From: a virus
Lineage: Duplodnaviria; Caudoviricetes
IMG/VR virus record: IMGVR_UViG_3300025889_000167
Span: 1-52,030 of that record
DNA length: 52,030 bases
Reading direction: 5' to 3' (one strand)
The translations under genes and the position numbers were made by a program. Below are positions 35,880 to 44,333 of this stretch, piece after piece; position 1 is the stretch's first letter; the number at the start of each line of letters is the position of its first letter. The notes under the pieces are model-generated. The model made no database searches, was not told the DNA's origin, and worked only from the letters and a program-made list of their open reading frames with translations.

Positions 35880-36350
35880 ATGGCCAAACGGCTAGCATCA
35901 CGCCACTACGACGTACACGGTGAGCGCATCTCGCAAATCACCATCGACGACACACCCCTTCCAGTTGCTTCCGAGCATGAGATCATCGCCGGATTGTCGG
36001 CTGAGCTGCAGACAGCCTACGCTGCCGAGGACAGCCTTGAGGTCGAGCCCAAATACTCGCCCCGCATGCACGCCGAGCGCGAGGCATGGCGGCGCGACAT
36101 GACCATGGCCCTCGACATACTGGGGCCGGACCTGCTCGGCCCTTCCGACATCCACATCCAGAGCCGTGTCGACGAGCGCATGACCTACCTGGGCTCCGGC
36201 CGCGGCTGGCCCGGCATACCTCATCAGGCCACGCGCTGGCGCCGGGCCGCCGAGGTGCTGACGGAATGTCTGTCGCCTGAGCTGGCCGATCACGTCGGCT
36301 CCTTGGTCGAGGCGGCCATTGATCACAAGTGCCGCATCGCTGGCGAGTAG
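35880..36350 (+). CDS. Hypothetical early protein
   Basis: RBS ggag; first gene after operator. Confidence 0.6.
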   Translation: MAKRLASRHYDVHGERISQITIDDTPLPVASEHEIIAGLSAELQTAYAAEDSLEVEPKYSPRMHAEREAWRRDMTMALDILGPDLLGPSDIHIQSRVDERMTYLGSGRGWPGIPHQATRWRRAAEVLTECLSPELADHVGSLVEAAIDHKCRIAGE

Positions 36351-36402
36351 CTGCCGCAGCGGCGCGCGCCCACCCACATATCATCAGCAGGAGGACTGAC
36401 CA

Positions 36403-36894
36403 GTGGTCAACATAAACGACGCTTTTCCCTCGGCTTACTTAAAGGCCAGTGATCTGAATGGGCGGCGCGTATCCGTCACCATGTCCCACGCCGACTACGA
36501 GGAGGTGGGCCGCAACAAAGAGCGACGGCTCGTGCTCTATTTCGATCGCTCGGAGAAGGGCATGGTCCTCAACAAGACGAACGCCACGACGATCTCGAAA
36601 CTTTACGGCACCGACACAGAGCAATGGAGTGGCCACAAGATCACTTTATACGCCACCGACGTCGAATTTGGGGGCGAGATGGTAGCTGCCATCCGCGTGG
36701 CCACGACACCGCCCGGCGCGCCACAGCATAAGTTCGCGCGCAACGGTCCGGGCGCATCGCGCAACAACGGCAATGGCCATGCTGCTGCTACGGCGCTGCA
36801 GGACGACAGCCAGCTGGACGAGGCACCGCTACACAATAGCGTGGACACCGAGGCTGCCCAGGACGGGTTTGGCGACGATCACATCCCTTTCTGA
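36403..36894 (+). CDS. Putative single-stranded DNA-binding protein
   Basis: YLKASDL and LNKTN motifs; acidic SSB-type tail DDHIPF; strong RBS. Confidence 0.7.
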   Translation: MVNINDAFPSAYLKASDLNGRRVSVTMSHADYEEVGRNKERRLVLYFDRSEKGMVLNKTNATTISKLYGTDTEQWSGHKITLYATDVEFGGEMVAAIRVATTPPGAPQHKFARNGPGASRNNGNGHAAATALQDDSQLDEAPLHNSVDTEAAQDGFGDDHIPF

Positions 36895-36907
36895 GGAGCG
36901 CAGTGCT

Positions 36908-37273
36908 GTGCAGCGGATATCGACAATTGATACAATCCGAGCCGGGCAGCTGCTTGGAAAGGTTTGCAGTAGGGTCGACGGACGAGCAACGTATGATCCT
37001 GCGTGGTCCGACGAACGAGTTGCTTCCACGATCGGCGGGACATGCACCCCTGTTAATATCGCGCGTGTTCGCCGCGAAATGATCGGCCCACTGATAGCGC
37101 CAGCGGGCGAAGGGGGCGGGGCAGCATCACCAACTCAGCTGCTGCGCCGCATAGCTGCCCTCGAGGATCGCATCGCCGACATCGAGCGAGTGCTGGACCC
37201 AGACAACCAGATACTTGGCCCCGCCGTGAGTGCGGCCAACCACGCGAATGGCAGCGACAGGGCTCGAGACTAG
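36908..37273 (+). CDS. Hypothetical protein
   Basis: RBS gaggag with GTG start; C-terminal coiled coil. Confidence 0.55.
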   Translation: MQRISTIDTIRAGQLLGKVCSRVDGRATYDPAWSDERVASTIGGTCTPVNIARVRREMIGPLIAPAGEGGGAASPTQLLRRIAALEDRIADIERVLDPDNQILGPAVSAANHANGSDRARD

Positions 37274-37372
37274 CCACACCAGATCGGCGCCAAAGGTATC
37301 GCGTGCGCCGCAGCGGCAGGCTGCTACTCCATTCGGCCTGCCGCCACCCACCTTCGATCATGAGCACACACT

Positions 37373-37954
37373 ATGCAGACCCTTGCCCTGACATACGAAG
37401 GCAACGGACAATTCAGAGTCGCTAATCGCGCGGCTCTGGAGCATGCCGTCAGCTTTATGCGGCAGGGCGAGGTCTATCAATTCCAGCGCATCAAGCCCCG
37501 CTCACGGCAGCAACACCGGTGGTTCTTTTCTCTCGTGCAGGCTGCCCACGACAACCAAACCGCCGGACCCGTGTTTGGAGATTCCGAGAGGCTTCGCAAG
37601 TGGTTGCTCTGCAAGGCCAATTGGTGCCGGACACGGACGTTCCCACCGCAAGCCATGACGCGCGAGGTTGCGGCGTGGCTGCGCGAGGAAAGCGCAGACA
37701 TGGATTTCACCGTCGATCGCCACACAGGCGAGATCCACGCGCATGTGGCGAAGTCGATAGCGTATAGGGCGTGTCCGCATGAACAAATGTGCATTATTGC
37801 AGACAAGGTCGTCGACGTCATTTGTGCGCAGATTGTGCCAGGGACCACGCCCGCCGACTGGGAGCCCTACCGGGCGGAAGATGAACGCGGCGAGCAAGTC
37901 CGAATGGGTCGTGTGGCGCAGGCTGACAAATACGCCCTACAAGCAGATCGCTGA
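37373..37954 (+). CDS. DUF1367 / NinB-like recombination-associated protein
   Basis: PRSRQQHRWFF and KSIAY motifs. Confidence 0.6.
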   Translation: MQTLALTYEGNGQFRVANRAALEHAVSFMRQGEVYQFQRIKPRSRQQHRWFFSLVQAAHDNQTAGPVFGDSERLRKWLLCKANWCRTRTFPPQAMTREVAAWLREESADMDFTVDRHTGEIHAHVAKSIAYRACPHEQMCIIADKVVDVICAQIVPGTTPADWEPYRAEDERGEQVRMGRVAQADKYALQADR

Positions 37955-38063
37955 GGAGCTTGGCTGCTCCGTCGTCACCTGCCGCGTGCTGTTCCACAAG
38001 CGGCGCCGGCTGACGCGCTCACTGCTGGCGAGCGACAGGACGATTGAGTGGCCGGAGGAATAG
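37881..38063 (+). CDS. Small HTH protein
   Basis: YKQIAEELGCSVVTCR. Confidence 0.45.
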   Translation: MNAASKSEWVVWRRLTNTPYKQIAEELGCSVVTCRVLFHKRRRLTRSLLASDRTIEWPEE

Positions 38064-38065
38064 AG

Positions 38066-38746
38066 ATGCAATCCGCTCAAGATGTCCATTGGCGCGAGGC
38101 CGAGATTGTGCGCCGCATTGCGCCGGCCCGCGGCATTCCGGTAGCGGCTGCTGCGGCCGGCATCAGCCAGAGGCTGGCAGAGGCGGTGGCTGGCGCGACA
38201 CGTCCCATGTCGGAGATGGAGGAGCGTATGGCGGCTGCAATGTACCAGCGTCTCGGCCTGCTGCGGACGGCATTGCAGATGAGGCGATCGCTCGAGGAAG
38301 TCGCAGCGGCAGCAGAGCGGCGCGGTGTGCTGTTTGGTCAGGGGGCTGACAGCCAGCGTGTGTGGACGGCCCGTCACGAGCGGATGGTCATTGAGCGTTA
38401 CCGGATAGACGGTGCTGCTGCGCTGGCTACTGCGACAGGTCGGACTGTCGATGCCATCAAGCATCGGGCGAAAACTCTGGGCGCGCAGCGAGTGACGCGC
38501 GTCGAGTGGTCTGAGGCTGACGATGCCAAACTGCGGGATATGTGGCCCACACATTCTGCCTCCCAGATCGCAGCCAAGATAGGCCGCACAAAGAATAGCA
38601 TCATAGGCCGGGTTACACGCTTGGGTTTGAGCGGCCCCAGCGTTTCAGATGTTTCAGGCATTCCAGCGCCGGAACAGGCTGCAGGGATTGACGAAGATGC
38701 GGCCGGCGGAACGGCCGAAACGACGAGGAGTACAGATCATGTATGA
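38066..38746 (+). CDS. GcrA N-terminal-like domain protein
   Basis: WSEADDAKLRDMW..SASQIAAKIGRTKNSIIGRVTRLGLSG. Confidence 0.75.
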   Translation: MQSAQDVHWREAEIVRRIAPARGIPVAAAAAGISQRLAEAVAGATRPMSEMEERMAAAMYQRLGLLRTALQMRRSLEEVAAAAERRGVLFGQGADSQRVWTARHERMVIERYRIDGAAALATATGRTVDAIKHRAKTLGAQRVTRVEWSEADDAKLRDMWPTHSASQIAAKIGRTKNSIIGRVTRLGLSGPSVSDVSGIPAPEQAAGIDEDAAGGTAETTRSTDHV

Positions 38747-39434
38747 CGACACAATGATGTACGTAGAGGCACGAGTGCAGGGGACGGATCATCTGCTGCG
38801 GGCATTGTATGACGCGCACCCCGATCGCCACGTGCCACCTGGGTGCGGCTGGCAGCTAAGTCCCATTCTGCTGCGGCAGGCCGAGGGACGGGCGCGAGCC
38901 GAGGCGGCGAAGCAGCGGCAGGCTGCGGCGCGCGCAGTCGAGCGTGTGCCACCGCTGCCTAAGCATGCCGCGTCCGGCGCGGACACTCGTCTCGTGGTCT
39001 GCTCCGAGGAGGCAGATGGCATCCTGCGGCGGTTGGCTGTGGTGCGTGCGACGGCGGGTGCCGAGCCCGACATTGCAGCCCGACTGACAGATGAGCAGGC
39101 AGGCAAGCCGCGGCACCGCCGCTGCATCAGCTCCGGCCGACATGCGTGGCTGGCGGCGCTGCGCCAGTTCGAGGAGGAGACGGGCGTCTCGCGCAAGCTG
39201 CTGCTTGGCTGCAGCAAGCGCCGCGGCGTCTCCATGGCGCGCCATGCGCTGTTCTGGGCTGCGCACAACTACGGCTACTCGCAGAGCCACATCGCTCGTC
39301 TGGCGTGCCGCGACCACTCCACCATCGTCGGCTCGCTGGTGTGGTCCACCCGCATGCTGGCCACGCGGCCCGGGCTGGCGCTACTGGCCCTCGACATGCT
39401 GTCGGCCGCGCGGTCTGCACGGTTGGTCTCATGA
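38739..39434 (+). CDS. DnaA C-terminal (domain IV) HTH protein
   Basis: GVSRKLLLG.SKRRGVSMARH...YSQSHIAR..RDHSTIV. Confidence 0.8.
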   Translation: MYDDTMMYVEARVQGTDHLLRALYDAHPDRHVPPGCGWQLSPILLRQAEGRARAEAAKQRQAAARAVERVPPLPKHAASGADTRLVVCSEEADGILRRLAVVRATAGAEPDIAARLTDEQAGKPRHRRCISSGRHAWLAALRQFEEETGVSRKLLLGCSKRRGVSMARHALFWAAHNYGYSQSHIARLACRDHSTIVGSLVWSTRMLATRPGLALLALDMLSAARSARLVS

Positions 39435-39955
39435 GGATGGAGGCGAGGATGGACGAGGCATACGAAGTGACAGGCACGATCAAGTGGTTCGACCCCGCGC
39501 GCGGCCTAGGCTTCATCACCCAGGACAACGGCGCCGATGACGTCTTGCTGCATGTCACTGCGCTGCGGCAGGGCGGCTATGAGACGGCCCACGAGGGCGC
39601 ACGGATCGCATGCCTGGCGCAGCCACATCCTGGCAAGGGGCTGCGGGCGGTGGAGGTGCTGGATCTCGACCAGACACCGCCAAAGCGCTCCGGGCCACAT
39701 CGGCGCACGTACTTTGACGTGGCACCGGAGACGGATTGGGAGCCCGGAACCGTGGCGTGGTTCAACCGTGTGCGGGGCTTTGGTTTCATCGTGTTGGATT
39801 CCGGCGGCCGCGACCTGTTCGTGCACATGGAGCACGTGAGGGGCAGTGGCATGCTGAAGCTGCGGCCGCGGCAGCGCGTGTTGGTACGGTGGGGCAACGG
39901 TCCAAAGGGCGCGCAGGCGGTGGCTATGCGGCCAGAGGTGAGCCGCGATGCGTGA
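39431..39955 (+). CDS. Tandem cold-shock domain protein
   Basis: GTIKWFDPARGLGFI...DVLLH and GTVAWFNRVRGFGFI...DLFVH. Confidence 0.9.
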   Translation: MRMEARMDEAYEVTGTIKWFDPARGLGFITQDNGADDVLLHVTALRQGGYETAHEGARIACLAQPHPGKGLRAVEVLDLDQTPPKRSGPHRRTYFDVAPETDWEPGTVAWFNRVRGFGFIVLDSGGRDLFVHMEHVRGSGMLKLRPRQRVLVRWGNGPKGAQAVAMRPEVSRDA

Positions 39956-40109
39956 CCTGCGCCACGCGCTGCTGGATGCTCTTGAGGCTGTGCTGGCCTG
40001 GACGGCTATTGCGCTTCTGCTTGCCGTGGCGTGGCTGGCCCGGCGGGCGGCGCGTGGGCTGAGGAGGATCAGCGGCACGACGGAGGACGGCGATGGCGAA
40101 ATTTCTTGA
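39948..40109 (+). CDS. 53-aa membrane protein
   Basis: AVLAWTAIALLLAVAWLA; RBS gaggtg; read manually. Confidence 0.45.
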   Translation: MRDLRHALLDALEAVLAWTAIALLLAVAWLARRAARGLRRISGTTEDGDGEIS

Positions 40110-40512
40110 GGATTGCCAGGTACTTTGGGCCCCCAGCAGCCATATCTGTGACCTCCCTCTGTCGCGCCGCGCGGTGCTTGCGCTCCAAATAGACGGCTAT
40201 AAGACGGTGCAGGACCTACTTGATGAAACCGAGGCGTGGTTACTGAGGACCCCGGGCCTCGGGCGGCGCGGCCTGAACGAGGTGAAGGCGTGCCTGACAA
40301 AAAAGGATCACCTTGATCCCGGCCCGAATAAAGTCATGCGGGATTTGTCGCTTGAGGTTCAGCGCCTCCAAGTCGAGCTTGCAAAGCTGGTAGCCGAGCG
40401 GGACAGCCTGCGATGGGTCGTCGAACGGCTGACGCAGGTCGACGCCGAGGCCAGTGACGGCCAAAATGCCTCAGCGCGTGCCGCAGGGCGGCCGATCAAA
40501 GGGAGCGAGTGA
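40093..40512 (+). CDS. RNA polymerase alpha-CTD-like protein plus coiled coil
   Basis: ICDLPLSRRAVLAL...TVQDLL..TEAWLLRTPGLGRRGLNEVKACL. Confidence 0.8.
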   Translation: MAKFLEDCQVLWAPSSHICDLPLSRRAVLALQIDGYKTVQDLLDETEAWLLRTPGLGRRGLNEVKACLTKKDHLDPGPNKVMRDLSLEVQRLQVELAKLVAERDSLRWVVERLTQVDAEASDGQNASARAAGRPIKGSE

Positions 40513-40796
40513 TGCAGCTGCTATCGGCCCAGACAGTCGCCGACCGCCTCGACGTGAGCCGCAAAACGGTTTACGCTTGGATGGCATCAGGAGCGCTGCC
40601 GTCGGTCAAATATGGCCGGCTGCGGCGCGTGCGTCTGGCGGACCTGGAGGCTTTTGGCGAGCGATGGAGCAGCGATGGCGGCCCGAGCGATACCGCGGCG
40701 GATGGGCCGCAGTTATCGGACGTGGCAACAGCAAGCGCAGAGTCGCGACTGGCGCGAGTGAGCGCGCGGGAGCGGAGACGTTCTGTAGAAGGCTGA
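40509..40796 (+). CDS. xis: Excisionase (HTH_17)
   Basis: LLSAQTVADRLDVSRKTVYAWMASGALPSVKYGRLRRV; overlaps int 5' end. Confidence 0.85.
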   Translation: MMQLLSAQTVADRLDVSRKTVYAWMASGALPSVKYGRLRRVRLADLEAFGERWSSDGGPSDTAADGPQLSDVATASAESRLARVSARERRRSVEG

Positions 40797-41662
40797 ACGC
40801 CCAGCTCGAGGCGGAGGCGCGCGGCCGCGGCCCGGTCACAGTCGATCGCCTCATGGAGCTTTACATCATCGATCGGCGGGCGCGCGGCACTGTCAATGTC
40901 GCGCGTATGCACGAGGTGCGCCAAGCCCTGAAGCCCGTGTGGGGCCACTATCATCCCGACGAGCTGGACACCGCCCTGTGCCGCGCCTATGTGGAGCGTG
41001 GCCGCCGGCGCGGGCTGTCTGATGCCACGATCCGGCAAGAGCTGGCCTACCTGCAGGCGGCCCTCAACTATGCTGTTGAGTGCCGCCTGATCGAGCGGGC
41101 GCCGAAGCTCGAAAAGCCGCCAGCGCCCAGGCCGCGCGAGCACTATCTGACACGCGAGGAGGTGCGGCGGCTCATCAATGCCTGCGACACGCCTCATGCT
41201 GCCCTGTTCGTTGCGCTGGCCATCAGCACCGCCGGTCGGCCCAAGCACCTGCTCGAGCTGCGCTGGTCGCAGGTTGACCTGACGCGGCGCGTGCTCAACC
41301 TGGACCGGCCGGACGTTGATCGCACGCGCAAGGGGCGTGCACGGGTGCCGCTGAACGATTTAGCCCTGGAGCATCTGCGGCTGGCGCGCGACATGGCCGA
41401 GACGGCTTACGTGATCGAGTGGCAGCGCAAGCAGGTAAAGTCCATCAAGAAGGCCATCGCGAGCGCGGCCAAGAAAGCAGGCGTCGAGGCCACGCCATAC
41501 GTCCTCAGGCATAGTGCTGGCGTGTGGATGGCGCAGGCTGGCGTGCAGCTGGAGCAGATCGCGGAGTACATGGGCCACGAGGATTTGAACACGACGCGCA
41601 AGCACTATGCGCGGTTTCATCCCGACCACTTGCAGGCCGCCTCGAGGGCGCTGGAGGTTTAG
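40664..41662 (+). CDS. int: Tyrosine integrase (start approximate)
   Basis: TAGR, RK, YVLRHS, MGH and HY catalytic motifs. Confidence 0.92.
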   Translation: MEQRWRPERYRGGWAAVIGRGNSKRRVATGASERAGAETFCRRLNAQLEAEARGRGPVTVDRLMELYIIDRRARGTVNVARMHEVRQALKPVWGHYHPDELDTALCRAYVERGRRRGLSDATIRQELAYLQAALNYAVECRLIERAPKLEKPPAPRPREHYLTREEVRRLINACDTPHAALFVALAISTAGRPKHLLELRWSQVDLTRRVLNLDRPDVDRTRKGRARVPLNDLALEHLRLARDMAETAYVIEWQRKQVKSIKKAIASAAKKAGVEATPYVLRHSAGVWMAQAGVQLEQIAEYMGHEDLNTTRKHYARFHPDHLQAASRALEV

Positions 41663-42087
41663 GTGTCAGACTCAAGGGGCTTGCCTACTGCTCTTTGCCG
41701 TTCGTCCTTGGCCGCAATGCGCTCCTCTATCATCTGGTCCAGGCACTGCCGCATATGCTGCAGTGCCTGCAGTTCGCCCTCTGCATCGGCGCTGCTGTAC
41801 TGCTTCACAGCGCGGTGCTCTCGCAGGTGCCTGTCGATCAGGTCGTGCAGTGGAATCGCGGCCGCGAACAGGTCCCCCGCAAATGCCAAAACCTCGATGT
41901 AGCTCGTCTCTTCTCGTCCCTCGACGGTCTCCTGGCGCCAGACCATAATGGCCATTTCATCTAAGACGTTTTGCAAGACATTGGCCTCGCTGTCCAACAG
42001 GCCAAGCCACCTGCAGAACATTCTGTCGAATGGCCTGAAATCGGCGTCTGTGTCGAGGTCTCGGCCGAATGGATACCACCAGCTCAT
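41659..42087 (-). CDS. Hypothetical protein between int and attP
   Basis: RBS ggaggacgcacaATG; convergent 4-bp overlap with int. Confidence 0.6.
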   Translation of the reverse strand: MSWWYPFGRDLDTDADFRPFDRMFCRWLGLLDSEANVLQNVLDEMAIMVWRQETVEGREETSYIEVLAFAGDLFAAAIPLHDLIDRHLREHRAVKQYSSADAEGELQALQHMRQCLDQMIEERIAAKDERQRAVGKPLESDT

Positions 42088-42225
42088 TGTGCGTCCTCCG
42101 GTGTCAACGGCATAAGGTTCCCCCGTGGGTTCATGCACCCACAGCAGCGTGAACAACTCGGCATCAAATAGGCAACTCACAGCTATTTATGGTAGCCTAA
42201 CGCATTGAATATCCTATAGATGCTG

Positions 42226-42273
42226 TGATTTGTAATCAGGGGGTCGGGAGTTCGAGTCTCTCTGCCGGCACCA
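42226..42273 (+). other. attP core: 3' half of tRNA-Thr(UGU)
   Basis: tga-tttgtaa-tcagg anticodon arm, GTTCGAG T-loop, acceptor end gccggcACCA; no 5' half or D-arm. Confidence 0.85.
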
Positions 42274-42277
42274 ATAA

Positions 42278-42290
42278 AATCAATGAGTTA
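42278..42290 (+). promoter_or_regulatory. IHF-consensus site beside att core
   Basis: AATCAAtgagTTA matches WATCAANNNNTTR; inverted near-match at 42198-42210. Confidence 0.55.
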
Positions 42291-42501
42291 GCGTTTCGGC
42301 CTAAGGAGTGCTCAGGGTGTAAAAGCACCCCACCGCGAGAACACCACCCCTTCACTACATTGGCATAGCGCCCATCTGGCTCGACGTAGAGCGCGGCGAT
42401 CATCTGCCATTGCCTCCTATTTCTTGCGGCCTCGGCCGCCCCACAGTCGATAGATTGTCTGCCATCCACCGAACACCGGCAAATCACGTTCGCGCAGTAT
42501 A

Positions 42502-42840
42502 TCATTGACCGCCCGCGCCGCGTCCTCGCGATGGGCATACTCCGCCGATCTCCACACAGCTCGCAGCGTCGGCACGAGCGGCGCTATGTCTGGCCCGCTC
42601 CTCGACAAGCCGGTCGCACTCGGCCTCCGCCTCATGGTCCTCGATAACCTCGAACCGATAGCCGGGAGGACGGTAGCCCTCCGGGCGCTCGTTGGCGTCA
42701 AGGCTGTCATCGAACGTGTTGCCGTCGATGAGAAACTCGACACTAACGGCCAGCGCCGTGGCAGCATCGGGGAAGTAGTCGGTGACCGAGTCAGCGACGA
42801 GTCCGTCGTCTTCGCGGATCATCTTGACGGTGTAATGCAT
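42502..42840 (-). CDS. Hypothetical acidic protein
   Basis: RBS ggaggacgacgATG. Confidence 0.6.
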   Translation of the reverse strand: MHYTVKMIREDDGLVADSVTDYFPDAATALAVSVEFLIDGNTFDDSLDANERPEGYRPPGYRFEVIEDHEAEAECDRLVEERARHSAARADAASCVEIGGVCPSRGRGAGGQ

Positions 42841-42933
42841 CGTCGTCCTCCATCGTGGTTGCTGCGTAGGTTCCGGGCTGTCTCCCTTGCTGGCGTGAGC
42901 CCGGCCTTTGGTGCCAGGAAGACGTGTGTCGCA

Positions 42934-43155
42934 TCAATTGCGCGGCTTTGCATGGCGCACCCATCTCTGACCGTCTTCAAAATACCCAAGCGCAGCGGCG
43001 ATGCGTGGCCCAGGCGACGTGCCCCGGTTGCGCACAAGGGAAACAAAGGTCGGCGACACGCCCGCCAATTTGGCGAATTGTCTCAGGCTGCCCGCATCTG
43101 CAATGGCCTGCTCCATTGCAGAGCGCACGTCGTCATCTGTGAATCGCGTTTTCAT
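42934..43155 (-). CDS. Small HTH regulator
   Basis: GSLRQFAKLAGVSPTFVSLV...IAAALG. Confidence 0.75.
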   Translation of the reverse strand: MKTRFTDDDVRSAMEQAIADAGSLRQFAKLAGVSPTFVSLVRNRGTSPGPRIAAALGYFEDGQRWVRHAKPRN

Positions 43156-43162
43156 GGCGATA

Positions 43163-43207
43163 ATTATGCACTAAACGGTTGACGCGGTCAAGCTCAGGTG
43201 CCATATG
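43163..43207. promoter_or_regulatory. Overlapping divergent promoters
   Basis: Minus TTGACC-17-CATAAT ending 7 nt before the HTH ATG; plus TTGACG-17-CATATG. Confidence 0.55.
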
Positions 43208-43234
43208 TAGATCATCAGCACGGGAGAGGCGGAC

Positions 43235-43456
43235 ATGCTTAACTCAACGGAGTCCAGGAATATGGACCGCATCGACACCATCACAACGACGGCAATCGAA
43301 ATTAGTGCCGCGTGGACACCCTCACGCGATGATCTGGAAAACCTTGCCGTCGAGCAGGCGATGCTGTGCGGCAGAGACTGGACGGACTGCGGCGAGTACG
43401 AGCGGGAGATGTTTCGTGACGAAGCGCGGCGAATGCTTGGTATTGATCCCCGCTAG
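43235..43456 (+). CDS. Hypothetical small protein
   Basis: RBS ggagagg; alternative start at 43262. Confidence 0.6.
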   Translation: MLNSTESRNMDRIDTITTTAIEISAAWTPSRDDLENLAVEQAMLCGRDWTDCGEYEREMFRDEARRMLGIDPR

Positions 43457-43489
43457 ACGCAATCTGACAACCGCACAACGGAGGCCGCC

Positions 43490-43765
43490 ATGCCTGCCAC
43501 ACACACCAGCCAAAACCCATGCTTTCCCGACCTCAAGGAGATCGAAGTGGACTGCCCGCACTGCGACGGCGAAGGCAAGACGCTGCGAGCGCACCCGATC
43601 TACGGCACGCCGTTCTGCCCGGAGCCAGAAGTAATGGGCGAGTGCGGAGAATGCGAAGGAAGTGGGAAGACGTGGATCGAAGTCGTCCCCGTCGATGAGT
43701 GGGATGAGGTACGGCGGGAGCGCGACGATCTGCGCGCCAAATTGGCGGCATCGGCTGCCGTTTGA
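43490..43765 (+). CDS. DnaJ-type zinc-finger small protein
   Basis: CPHCDGEG and CGECEGSG. Confidence 0.75.
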   Translation: MPATHTSQNPCFPDLKEIEVDCPHCDGEGKTLRAHPIYGTPFCPEPEVMGECGECEGSGKTWIEVVPVDEWDEVRRERDDLRAKLAASAAV

Positions 43766-43787
43766 CAACCGCATAACGGAGGCCGCC

Positions 43788-44000
43788 ATGTCCAGGGGGT
43801 ATCTAGTGATAGCCGACACGCAGCGCGGCCAAATCACACGCTTGTTCGATACGCTGGATGCAGCCAAGCGCGCTGGCATGAAGATATGGATGGGCGGGCT
43901 TGCGGAGCGTGTCGTTCTTTTGAAGCCGCGCGGCAAGAGCATACGGATCGCTAAAGATGACCGGTGCACACGTCGCCCGCGCTACACGTGGACACGATAG
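43788..44000 (+). CDS. Hypothetical small basic protein
   Basis: Starts at the ATG of repeat copy 2. Confidence 0.6.
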   Translation: MSRGYLVIADTQRGQITRLFDTLDAAKRAGMKIWMGGLAERVVLLKPRGKSIRIAKDDRCTRRPRYTWTR

Positions 44001-44028
44001 CCACCATCGCACAACGGAGGCCGCAGAG

Positions 44029-44262
44029 ATAACAAATCCCACGCCGTGGCCATGCTGGACCTGCACGTTCCGGGATGGGCCGGACGTGACAGGGACGTAC
44101 TACTGCACGCGACCGTCCCAGCCACTGAGCTATGCCGAGCGGCTGCGCTGGCCGGCCATGCCTGAGGATCAGCCTCACACGCGGTATGTCGGCACGGAGC
44201 AACAGTTGCGCGGGTTGACGGCAAATGCCACGCCGAAGTGCGATGTGTGCGAAAAAGGGTAG
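44029..44262 (+). pseudogene. Small ORF with ATA in the expected start position
   Basis: Repeat copy 3 RBS followed by agagATAacaaat; frame open to 44262. Confidence 0.35.
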
Positions 44263-44275
44263 CACGCTGGAACGC

Positions 44276-44310
44276 AAAAGGGCCGGGCACCCCTGAGGAT
44301 GCCCGGCCCC
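44276..44310 (-). terminator. Intrinsic terminator after lysis genes
   Basis: gggccgggca...tgcccggccc stem with tttt on the minus strand. Confidence 0.75.
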
Positions 44311-44333
44311 GTCATGTCATTGCGTGTGCCAAG

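Larger units (their letters stand above)
43465..44024 (+). repeat. Dispersed RBS-containing direct repeat, 3 copies
   Basis: tgacaaccgcaYaacggaggccgccATG at 43465 and 43763; cgcacaacggaggccgc at 44008. Confidence 0.9.

Noticed and set aside
40454-40663. Long N-terminal extension of the integrase
   Set aside because: Overlaps xis and the upstream gene and looks non-protein-like; a later start is preferred
42226-42273. Functional tRNA-Thr gene
   Set aside because: 5' acceptor strand and D-arm are missing; fits attP instead
43465-44024. CRISPR array
   Set aside because: Spacers are whole ORFs of over 200 bp, repeats contain an RBS, and no cas genes are present
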